Shown piece by piece: positions 1 to 7,798 of a stretch of 54,386 nt of DNA (position 1 is its first letter; every line of letters starts with the position of its first letter). The translations under genes were made by a program, and so were the position numbers. This DNA comes from Syntrophomonadaceae bacterium (GTDB lineage: Bacteria > Bacillota > Dethiobacteria > DTU022 > PWGO01): NCBI GenBank assembly GCA_003550565.1, contig PUKQ01000053.1:1-54386 (forward strand), in the 5' to 3' direction. The notes below the pieces were generated by a model, which was not told the DNA's origin, did not search any database, and was given only the letters and a program-made list of their open reading frames with translations.

Positions 1-207
1 ATCATAATCCTGGCTTCCAAAGCCGGCCTGGTTTTTGTAAATTCCATGTTAATGATTTTTTTAGCACTGATCAGTTTCGTGTCTTTTTTGTTATTTGGGG
101 AGTATTTTGGGGAACTAAAATTAACCGGGATGCTTGTAATTGTAACAGGATTTATTTTGGTTATAGCCGGTGAACGGCAGGGAGAGAATAAAGGTTATAT
201 CGAATAA
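1..207 (+). CDS. 3' fragment of a small hydrophobic DMT/SMR-like membrane protein (5' end outside window)
   Basis: Frame 1 is open from the window edge to TAA 205-207. The translation is hydrophobic (..GELKLTGMLVIVTGFILVIAGERQGENKGYIE). Its tail parallels the C-terminus of the next ORF (GGTKLLGMIVIVIGYILVVIGEYQAEIQGLIE), suggesting a paired half-transporter. Confidence 0.45.
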   Translation: MIILASKAGLVFVNSMLMIFLALISFVSFLLFGEYFGELKLTGMLVIVTGFILVIAGERQGENKGYIE

Positions 208-261
208 AATATGTTTTAATGTGCCTGATTAAATTACAGAAATTAAGAAAGGTAAATTCAT

Positions 262-714
262 ATGGAAAACAGGTATTTGCTGGCATTTCTGGTAATTTTC
301 TTTAATGTTTTTTTGAATATATTTTTGAAGGGGGCACTGGGTTACAAAAAAGAAGGGGTGCAAATTGTCCCATCATGGGCAACAAAGATGGGCAGTAGCC
401 CCATGGAAATTGATTTAAAAAATTTCCGTGTTAGTCATTTGCGTCAGCTTTTGCGCAATATCCCTCTCTGGTTTGCTATTATATGCGCGCTTTGTTTTTT
501 TATAACCTGGATAAACCTGATAGCCGTGGCGGGGTTGGGTTTTTCTAATGCAGCCATGGCTTTATTTTTCGTGATTATTAGTATTGTCTCTTATTACATG
601 TTTGAAGAGTACCTGGGGGGCACTAAACTACTGGGAATGATTGTTATTGTTATCGGCTATATTTTGGTGGTTATCGGCGAATATCAGGCTGAAATACAGG
701 GACTTATTGAATGA
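262..714 (+). CDS. small integral membrane protein, DMT/SMR-like paralogue of the upstream fragment
   Basis: 150-aa ORF with several hydrophobic segments. The C-terminal helix is similar to that of the 1-207 product. AAAGG lies 9 nt upstream of the ATG. Confidence 0.55.
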   Translation: MENRYLLAFLVIFFNVFLNIFLKGALGYKKEGVQIVPSWATKMGSSPMEIDLKNFRVSHLRQLLRNIPLWFAIICALCFFITWINLIAVAGLGFSNAAMALFFVIISIVSYYMFEEYLGGTKLLGMIVIVIGYILVVIGEYQAEIQGLIE

Positions 715-776
715 ATTATCTTGACATTGAGATATAAGAAACCTCAATGCTTTGCTTGGAACCGGGGACAGTCATA

Positions 777-2069
777 TTACCCCCTTTGTTCTATAGGAAT
801 GTAATGGCTAAGTGTTGCTCCCGTATATATTTGGCGGGGGCGCCCGATTTTAAAAGGTATGGTATCGTGCATTTCTTTCCAATGGGCTATCCACCCCGGT
901 AAACGCCCTATGGCAAACATTACCGTAAACATCTCCTTGGGAATACCTATAGCTTTGTAAAGGATACCGCTATAATAATCAACATTGGGGTAGAGATTTC
1001 TTTCCGCAAAATAGTCATCGTTTAGAGCTGCATGTTCAAGTTCCATGGCTATTTCTACCAGGGGTTCTTCTATGTTCAGCTTATTGAATAGTTTTTCCAC
1101 AAGTTGCTTTAATATTTTTGCCCGGGGATCGTAATTTTTGTAAACCCGATGGCCAAAACCGTAAAGGACAAAATTATTGTCTTTGGATTTTGCATTTTCA
1201 ATCACTTCTTTTATGGTTAGCCCTTCATCACGGATCTTTTCCAACATTTCCACTACCTGCTGATTGGCCCCTCCATGCAAGGGGCCCCAGAGGGCGCATA
1301 TACCGGCGCATATGGAGGTATATAGATTTACCTGGCTGCTGCCTACCAGTCTAACGGTGGCAGTACTACAATTCTGTTCGTGATCGGCATGCAATATGAG
1401 AGAAACTCTTAAAGCCTGTACTATTTCGGGATCAAGTGTGTATGGTTTCACCGGGCTGTTAAACATCATGTGGAGTAAATTTTCCGTATACTTAAGATCA
1501 TGCCGCGGATAAACAAAAGGTTCCCCGATAGAATTTTTATACGAATAAGCCGCCAGGGTCCTGATTTTAGAGAGCAACCGGGCGCATACCAGATCAAAAG
1601 TGATGGAAAAAAAAGCTTCACTATAGAGAGTGGGATAGTAAATGGACAGGGCATTTACCATTGAGCTTAAAATAGCCATGGGGTGGGCATGTGGTGGAAT
1701 GCCATCAAAGAAATGAATCATTTCTTCATGAATAAGGGAGTTTTCAGTTAGCATGTTAGAAAATGTTTTTAATTCTTTTTGCGTGGGAAGATACCCATAT
1801 ATTAATAGATAGGAAGTTTCTACAAAAGTAGAGTTCTCCGCAAGTTCCTGAATGGGTATGCCTCTGTAACGGAGTATTCCATTTTCACCGTCTACAAAAC
1901 TAATGGCGCTTTTACAACTACCGGTGTTTTGATAACCTTCATCAAGAGTTATCAAACCGGTATTTTGCCTCAATTGAGAAATATCGATAGCCTGCTCACC
2001 TTCAGTTCCCTCAAATATATTCATTTCAAATTCTTTGTTATTATCAAATAATAGCTTTGTTTTTTTCAT
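777..2069 (-). CDS. gltA: citrate synthase
   Basis: Full-length match to the citrate synthase pattern (..GFGHRVYKNYDPRAKIL.., LHADHEQNCSTATVR, PNVDYYSGI). The ORF extends to 2075, but GAGG spacing favours the second ATG at 2069. Confidence 0.93.
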   Translation of the reverse strand: MKKTKLLFDNNKEFEMNIFEGTEGEQAIDISQLRQNTGLITLDEGYQNTGSCKSAISFVDGENGILRYRGIPIQELAENSTFVETSYLLIYGYLPTQKELKTFSNMLTENSLIHEEMIHFFDGIPPHAHPMAILSSMVNALSIYYPTLYSEAFFSITFDLVCARLLSKIRTLAAYSYKNSIGEPFVYPRHDLKYTENLLHMMFNSPVKPYTLDPEIVQALRVSLILHADHEQNCSTATVRLVGSSQVNLYTSICAGICALWGPLHGGANQQVVEMLEKIRDEGLTIKEVIENAKSKDNNFVLYGFGHRVYKNYDPRAKILKQLVEKLFNKLNIEEPLVEIAMELEHAALNDDYFAERNLYPNVDYYSGILYKAIGIPKEMFTVMFAIGRLPGWIAHWKEMHDTIPFKIGRPRQIYTGATLSHYIPIEQRG

Positions 2070-2175
2070 AGTCATACCTCACTTTCCAGAATTTTTGGTT
2101 TGTCTGAGGATATGTGCGCGGTTTTGGCTCCCAAGTTTTATAAATTATTTTCTTATTTCTTGCTTTGCTCTTCTT

Positions 2176-3390
2176 CTATAAGGCCGCAAGCTTAACTTGA
2201 TTTCTACCGTTAAGCTTGGCCTGGTAAAGGGCGTCATCGGCTTTCTTGAGGATTTCTTCATATGATTTTAACTCGGGAGTCCATTCAGCTATGCCGATAC
2301 TACAGGTAACATTGAATGTTTCTCCCCTGTCATTTTCAAATATAAATTCTGCCAGTTTCTTGCGAAGGCGATCTGCCATCTGCATAGCACCTTCACTATT
2401 TGTTTCCGGCAGCAGCATAGTAAATTCTTCGCCGCCGTAGCGCCCTGCAATATCAGATGAGCGGCTGCATGAATCAATTATTTCCCCAAATATTCTAAGG
2501 ACATTATCTCCTATACTATGCCCGTAATCATCATTGATTTTTTTGAAGTAATCGAAATCTATCATTAATACACTCAGAGGGTTATTATAGCGGAGTGCCC
2601 GCATGAATTCTTCTTGTGCGCGATTTTCGAATTCCCGCCGGTTATAAAGACCGGTGAGCTGATCATAGTCGGCCAGTTTTTGGATTTCTTTCTGCTGTTT
2701 CTTAAGCTGGTGCTGCTGGAAAAAATTTTGGCGATTCTGGTAGTAAATAACATGACCCAGTAAAATGCTTATAACGATTGCCGAAATCCCGAAGTTGACC
2801 GTAACTCCTAAATGTTCGTAATTCAAATTGTGGGGGTTAAAAACTAGAAACCCCGTTGCGTAAGTTGCCGGCACAAGAATAGTCGCCAAAATTCGCCATA
2901 AAATTTTGCTGTTAAAAAAAACGGTTACTATGGGCAAGAGAAAAATAAAATAAAACCAGGGGGTGGTAAGATCGCGTAGTTGCCCAAACAGGTAACCCGA
3001 AAAGAAAATTCCCCCGAGAATGCCGATAAATGTAATGGTGTAAACGTTTTTGCGCGCCCATGTAAAAAATTGGAGTAGAGATAAAACGATTATAATTAAA
3101 GAAATCATCACTATTCGCCACAAAAAGTAAACTTCAATCATTATTTCATCAAAGAAAATGTAATCTGTGGGCCAGGTGATTAATATAAGAATGAATAAAC
3201 AGAGCAGGGCTGTGCGAATAACGGGGATTGTTTCCCGTTGTTGGGCGAGATGAAAATAATATTCCTGGAGAGGAGTTCGACCCCGGGTTAAAATTACCTT
3301 ATGAAAAAAATCTTTCCAATCTTTCTTGCCTGCCAATGAAGGATTTTCTATGTTTAAATATTCTTGTTCTTCACTAAGATAATCCTTCAT
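2176..3390 (-). CDS. membrane-anchored diguanylate cyclase (GGDEF domain)
   Basis: The N-terminal ~220 aa are multi-pass hydrophobic. The C-terminal GGDEF domain reads LTGLYNRREF..RYGGEEF, with an RSSD (RxxD) I-site exactly 5 residues before GGEEF. GGAGG SD present. Confidence 0.9.
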   Translation of the reverse strand: MKDYLSEEQEYLNIENPSLAGKKDWKDFFHKVILTRGRTPLQEYYFHLAQQRETIPVIRTALLCLFILILITWPTDYIFFDEIMIEVYFLWRIVMISLIIIVLSLLQFFTWARKNVYTITFIGILGGIFFSGYLFGQLRDLTTPWFYFIFLLPIVTVFFNSKILWRILATILVPATYATGFLVFNPHNLNYEHLGVTVNFGISAIVISILLGHVIYYQNRQNFFQQHQLKKQQKEIQKLADYDQLTGLYNRREFENRAQEEFMRALRYNNPLSVLMIDFDYFKKINDDYGHSIGDNVLRIFGEIIDSCSRSSDIAGRYGGEEFTMLLPETNSEGAMQMADRLRKKLAEFIFENDRGETFNVTCSIGIAEWTPELKSYEEILKKADDALYQAKLNGRNQVKLAAL

Positions 3391-3879
3391 AAATTATTCC
3401 TCCGTTTATTCTTCCAGTAAGAAAGAGATTTGTTCTTTGGTAAGGAGATAATACCATATTATTAAGTTAAATTACAAGACGCATATACAGTAATTAGAGA
3501 TATAATGACAATTACCAAAATAATGATTTTCATTGTTTCGAAATTTAGCAGGTTTTCTTTCTGGAAAGATAAACTTATCAATTTATTTGTCTTTTCTTAC
3601 TCATAAGAAAGACGGGTATTTTGATCCCCATGCTTATTACTTGGAGTTGTATATATTTCAGGGGTTGTTAATTGTTGTATTTTAGGGGTCTTGATGCTTA
3701 TTCTGGTGCATCCGACCGGAACGGGTGGCCGGATATGGCAAGAATACGCAGTCTTGAGAAGAAAAGAATTTTGGAGATTTGGTAATTTCCGTCATTTTCC
3801 GTAATTTTACCCTTTTTTCACTCATTAGGCTACAGTAAATTAAAGTTATTTATGCCTTTATAATGCCTTTAAGAACAAA

Positions 3880-4488
3880 TTATAGATATTTAAGCATCTG
3901 AAGTAAGTAATCTCCTTCAAAGAAATCTTTTTCATCCGGATCCAAAGATCTATTTCCAAAAACAAAAAATCCGTGTTTATTATAAAAATCAACTAATTTT
4001 TGTACATCTTCACATTCAAGATATACAACTTTTCCGCCCAGTTCTAATTGTGTGTTTTCAACTTTATCACAAGCCATTTGTAGCAGGTCATCCCCTTTAA
4101 TTAACTTATCATAAACATTGTGGTAATTTTTTCCTAGTTGGGCAATAAGCGGAGCCGATAGCATATATTTTTTAAAATCGTGATCATAATGAGCAAACTT
4201 GTTTATCCTTTTCTGCATTCTATTGGATAAGCTTTTTTTATTTACTGTCAGGAATTTATTGGCTAAAGTAAAGTAACCTACCAATACAGGAGATTTTTTA
4301 TAAGAAGCAAAAACTAGGTGAGTAGCTGCTATCCTCTGTTTAGAAAACTCGATGGCCTTTCCATCTGTTAGAAATTTTTCAACATCTAAATTCAATGGGC
4401 AATAAAAATTGGAAAGGATTGATTTTGCTTCATCCTCTCCAAGAATATCTATTATTTCAAATAGGTTAACTAACCTATATCCTTTCAT
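3880..4488 (-). CDS. GNAT-family acetyltransferase, TacT/KacT-like toxin architecture (putative)
   Basis: 202 aa. The N-terminal FYCP..LDVEKFL..THLVF..VGYFTLA pattern and the C-terminal GGKVVYLECEDVQKLVDFYNKHGF GNAT core resemble acetyltransferase toxins. There is a 4-bp ATGA overlap with the small upstream ORF. Confidence 0.55.
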   Translation of the reverse strand: MKGYRLVNLFEIIDILGEDEAKSILSNFYCPLNLDVEKFLTDGKAIEFSKQRIAATHLVFASYKKSPVLVGYFTLANKFLTVNKKSLSNRMQKRINKFAHYDHDFKKYMLSAPLIAQLGKNYHNVYDKLIKGDDLLQMACDKVENTQLELGGKVVYLECEDVQKLVDFYNKHGFFVFGNRSLDPDEKDFFEGDYLLQMLKYL

Positions 4489-4673
4489 TCTTTATTACTT
4501 AATAATTCTTTTATTTTTTCACCTCTAAGTTCAGCAAAAGATTTACTTATCTTAGTCCTTTTCTCCCTATTTTCTTCCTTTTTTTCTTCAGCCTTTTCTA
4601 ACGCATTTATAAGATTGCGGCTGTCTGACTTTTTCTTTATATCAATATTTTTCAAGATGCTTTTTGTAGCCAT
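4485..4673 (-). CDS. small Lys/Glu-rich protein, candidate antitoxin partner of the GNAT gene
   Basis: 62-aa ORF, translationally coupled to the GNAT gene (overlap 4485-4488). Strong AAGGAGG SD. A TGATATAAT extended -10 lies upstream (about 4707-4715, - strand). No family recognised. Confidence 0.4.
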   Translation of the reverse strand: MATKSILKNIDIKKKSDSRNLINALEKAEEKKEENREKRTKISKSFAELRGEKIKELLSNKE

Positions 4674-4880
4674 GAACTAAATCCTCCTTGCCTCCTAAGT
4701 AATTATATTATATCATTTTTAAACCACTTTTTAAATTAAATTTCTTCTTTATTGATAGTTTTTTATTTGCCATGTTTCTATAATACAGAATTTATTCTAC
4801 AGCCTACTTAAAATTCCTTCTCTATCAATAAAAAATTGGAGCAATAGGCTACAATTTAAGGATGAAAACCATTTTGGCTA

Positions 4881-4928
4881 CCAAATAAAGCCCCACTGAA
4901 AACCTGCTATCAGTGGGGCTTTATTTGG
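4881..4928 (-). terminator. perfect 18-bp-arm hairpin, bidirectional intrinsic terminator downstream of tRNA-Pro
   Basis: CCAAATAAAGCCCCACTG (4881-4898) and CAGTGGGGCTTTATTTGG (4911-4928) are exact reverse complements separated by a 12-nt loop. The GC core is flanked by A/T runs on both sides. Confidence 0.7.
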
Positions 4929-5002
4929 TCGGAGCGGTGGGATTTGAACCCACGACCTCTTGACCCCCAGTCAAGCGCGCTACCAAGCTACGCCACGCCC
5001 CG
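4926..5002 (-). tRNA. tRNA-Pro (anticodon GGG), CCA encoded
   Basis: The reverse complement reads CGGGGCGTGGCGTAGCTTGGTAGCGCGCTTGACTGGGGGTCAAGAGGTCGTGGGTTCAAATCCCACCGCTCCGACCA. It folds as a cloverleaf with anticodon stem CTTGA/TCAAG, loop CTGGGGG, and a GGTTCAAATCC T-arm. Confidence 0.95.
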
Positions 5003-5012
5003 TTGCAAATTA

Positions 5013-5041
5013 ATTATATTATATATATTATCTCTAAGCAA
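5013..5041 (-). promoter_or_regulatory. sigma-70-type promoter of the tRNA-Pro gene
   Basis: On the - strand: TTGCTT (5041-5036), a 17-nt spacer, then TATAAT (5018-5013), about 10 nt upstream of the mature tRNA 5' end. Confidence 0.6.
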
Positions 5042-5095
5042 GTATTTATAAAGTTCCTTCTCTTTTTTTGCTTGAATAGGTTGAATACATGGGAA

Positions 5096-6721
5096 CTACT
5101 TGTGAAATTTTTGCATGATTTTCTCAAACTTACGTCGGTCTTGAATGGTCATTTGCTTTTCGTAAGCCACTTCTATACCTTTGATCAGCGAAATTGTCAT
5201 TACCGTTAGAATTATGGCAAAAGGTAGCCCAACAGTGATAACACCTGTCTGTAAAGCTTCCAAAGCTTGCTCTCCGCCTATTAATAGGAGAGTTGCCGCT
5301 ACTAACCCTTCCAGGCAGGCCCAAAAGACCCGCTGAATTTTGGCGGTATCAATTATGCCGCCGGAAGTTATCTTATCCACCACCAGGGAACCGGAGTCTG
5401 AAGAGGTGATAAAATAATTAATGACCAGTACCGTTGCCAGGATAAACATTACTATGCGGGCAATATCAGCTATAACCGGTATGCTTAGGTTGTTAATTAA
5501 CTCGAAAAGGGCAACGGGTAGATTGTCCTGAACCGTAGTAAATAAAGCTCCGCCCAGGTTGGCGTCCACGGAAAAAGCTGTTCCGCCGAACACTGAAAGC
5601 CAGAAGAAAGAAAGGAGAGAAGGTACAAGAAGTACCCCCAATACCAATTCCCTGACTGTCCTGCCTTTGGAAATTCTGGCAATAAACATGCCCACGAAAG
5701 GTGACCAGGAAATCCACCAGGCCAGGTAAAAAACAGTCCAGGCGCTTTGCCATTCTTGTCCCTGCACGGCTATATATGAAGCATTTTCTATTATATTGCC
5801 GAAGTAGACTCCCAGAGAGTTGGAAAAAAGGTTTACAATATATGCGGTAGGCCCTAATAAGAAGATGACCACCATAAAAATGCCCGCCAGGATCATATTG
5901 AGAGAAGATAATAACCTGATGCCCTTATGGATCCCTGACAAAATAGATAATATGGCAATTGCGGTTATCGCTGCAATTAAGCCCACTTGAATGTAAACGT
6001 TAAAGCCTATGCCGGTAAGGTAATCTATGCCGCTATTTATTTGTTGGATTCCAAGCCCCAGGGAAGTGGCCAGGCCAAATAAGACAGATATTACCGCCAT
6101 TATGTCGATAGCATCCCCTAAAGGCCCATAGACTTTTTCTTTAAAAAGGGGATAAAAAATGGACCGCAAAGATAGCGGCATCCTCCGGTTAAAAGCAAAG
6201 AATGCCAGGCCCAGAGCCATTAGTGCATAGATGCCCCAGGGGTGCAAACCCCAGTGATAAAAAGTAGTGGCCATGGCGGCATAGCTGGAATCTGCATTTT
6301 GGAAAATAGGAGGTGCTTCCAGAAAGTGGGTTAAAGGCTCTCCTACGGCCCAAAACATCAGGCCGATGCCCATGCCTGCTGAAATCAACATGGAGTACCA
6401 GGCGAAGTTAGAAAACTCGGGTTTGCAATCTACACCACCGATTCTAACCTGCCCTAACCGAGATAATGAAAAGTACAGGCATACCAATACAAAAAAATTA
6501 CTGCTTATAATAAAAACCCAATCAAAATTGGTGGCAATGTAATCATAAGCGATTTGAAACATCTTACTGGCTTGTTCTAAATTTAAAAGAGCATACAGAC
6601 AGAATGCGACTACTAAAACGGCAGTAATTATAGAAACATAAGGGTTTAAATTGATGCCGTATTTTTGTACGTTTCTTCGAATTATTCTATCATCTACTTC
6701 CTGGCTGTCTTTAAGGTCCAT
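5096..6721 (-). CDS. BCCT-family (betaine/carnitine/choline) transporter
   Basis: Polytopic membrane protein with the BCCT signature region WTVFYLAWWISWSPFVGMFIARISKGRTVRE. The ORF is open to 6778, but GGGAGGAG sits 5 nt upstream of the ATG at 6721 (MDLKDSQ..). Confidence 0.9.
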   Translation of the reverse strand: MDLKDSQEVDDRIIRRNVQKYGINLNPYVSIITAVLVVAFCLYALLNLEQASKMFQIAYDYIATNFDWVFIISSNFFVLVCLYFSLSRLGQVRIGGVDCKPEFSNFAWYSMLISAGMGIGLMFWAVGEPLTHFLEAPPIFQNADSSYAAMATTFYHWGLHPWGIYALMALGLAFFAFNRRMPLSLRSIFYPLFKEKVYGPLGDAIDIMAVISVLFGLATSLGLGIQQINSGIDYLTGIGFNVYIQVGLIAAITAIAILSILSGIHKGIRLLSSLNMILAGIFMVVIFLLGPTAYIVNLFSNSLGVYFGNIIENASYIAVQGQEWQSAWTVFYLAWWISWSPFVGMFIARISKGRTVRELVLGVLLVPSLLSFFWLSVFGGTAFSVDANLGGALFTTVQDNLPVALFELINNLSIPVIADIARIVMFILATVLVINYFITSSDSGSLVVDKITSGGIIDTAKIQRVFWACLEGLVAATLLLIGGEQALEALQTGVITVGLPFAIILTVMTISLIKGIEVAYEKQMTIQDRRKFEKIMQKFHK

Positions 6722-7087
6722 TTTGTGGCTCCTCCCTTCTGCAAACGTGTGACTTAAATATTTATAAAAAAATTTCACATTTCTATTTGCTTATTTTAAT
6801 AATGTATGCTCATTCTTTTCATTATTCTATATGCTAAAACTATTTCCTTTTGTTATGTGCCCAAAATTCACTTCAAAAACGCGTATTATAATAATATATG
6901 GTTTAGAAGATTAATATTAGTTCTTTAAGAAGTAGCTGTTTAAACAAACGTGAAGAAAAATTTTTGACCAAAAGCAGGTTTAAGGGATGAATGTCTGGAA
7001 ATACTAGAATTAAAAGTGTAATTAAAATAAATGAGTTTTAAGAACGGATGAAATGTCAAATAAATAATAATACCAGGGAGGGATTGC

Positions 7088-7324
7088 TTGGAAACGGCAA
7101 ATCTGGTTAATATCGGTTTAGGCAATAATGTTTCTATTAATAGGGTTATTGCCATAGTTAGTCCTGAATCGGCGCCTACCAAAAAGATAATAAATGAGGC
7201 CCGGGAAAAAGGTGTCCTGATAGATGCTACCAACGGGAGAAAGACCAGGGCAGCTATAATTACCGACAGCGGCCATATAGTTCTTTCCATGTTGCGCCCC
7301 GAAACAGTCCAAGAAAGACTTTAA
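7088..7324 (+). CDS. remA: RemA/YlzA (DUF370) biofilm/extracellular-matrix regulator
   Basis: 78 aa. [62 protein letters not shown] is near-colinear with B. subtilis RemA as recalled. TTG start with a GGGAGGG SD. Confidence 0.85.
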   Translation: METANLVNIGLGNNVSINRVIAIVSPESAPTKKIINEAREKGVLIDATNGRKTRAAIITDSGHIVLSMLRPETVQERL

Positions 7325-7505
7325 AGTAATTATGGGGGTAATTGTTGATATATTGTCGGCTTCCCGGATTTAGATAAAATTCAGCGTCCGTAATTATGAA
7401 AGGGCTTTATTTTCGGGATGGGGATATAGGAATAGGTGTTTAGTTTTTTATCCTCCGGCTATTAGGCAAGATATTAAAAAGTTTGAAGTTTTGTTTCTCA
7501 AAAGT

Positions 7506-7534
7506 TTGACATAATGGAAAATATCTGTTAATAT
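7506..7534 (+). promoter_or_regulatory. sigma-70-type promoter driving the riboswitch and GGDEF/HD-GYP transcript
   Basis: TTGACA (7506-7511), a 17-nt spacer, then TAATAT (7529-7534). Confidence 0.6.
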
Positions 7535-7594
7535 GTTAAGTAGTTAAAGAAGCGGCTCAAAATTGAATAGAAGAAACATATTATTTGTGTGCCT

Positions 7595-7709
7595 GACCGA
7601 CAAAGGCAAAACTTCCGAAAGGAAGGGACGCAAAACCATGGGTCTAAGGTCCGCTAGCGGACTATGACAGCCAGGTTGCCGAAGCAGGCTAATTACAAGT
7701 TTGTCGGTC
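7595..7709 (+). promoter_or_regulatory. c-di-GMP-I (GEMM-I) riboswitch aptamer
   Basis: AAAGGCAAAACUUCCGAAAGGAAGGGACGCAAAACCAUGGGUCUAAGG..GACAGCCAGGUUGCCGAAG matches the GEMM-I core as recalled from Vc2 (GGCAAA, a GAAA tetraloop hairpin, GGGACGCAAAGCC, CUAA, AGC..GGUU.CCGA). It is closed by P1 GACCGACAAA / TTTGTCGGTC (7595-7604 / 7700-7709). Confidence 0.85.
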
Positions 7710-7735
7710 CCTCCCTCACAGGAGGGCTTTTTATT
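7709..7735 (+). terminator. intrinsic terminator, expression platform of the c-di-GMP riboswitch
   Basis: CCCTCC-ctcaca-GGAGGG followed by CTTTTTATT, abutting the 3' strand of P1 and 64 nt before the ATG at 7799. Confidence 0.6.
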
Positions 7736-7798
7736 GGTAGACTTGCTGTAAGTGTGGCATTTCTATCCCGGCATTAAATAAAAGGAGGATAAAGGCAC

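Noticed and set aside
3826-4861. Flanking direct repeats as att sites of an integrated element at tRNA-Pro.
   Set aside because: The exact match is only 9 nt in AT-rich DNA. It does not include the tRNA 3' end, and no integrase is present. It is kept only as a weak note in the TA finding.
5003-5209. 68-aa + strand ORF between the tRNA and the BCCT gene.
   Set aside because: It covers the tRNA promoter and the antisense 3' end of the BCCT gene. It has an AT-rich, low-complexity translation and no SD.
6940-7290. 116-aa - strand ORF spanning the BCCT/remA intergenic region.
   Set aside because: It overlaps the well-conserved remA coding sequence on the opposite strand. The hydrophobic translation is a by-product of AT-rich sequence, and no SD is present.
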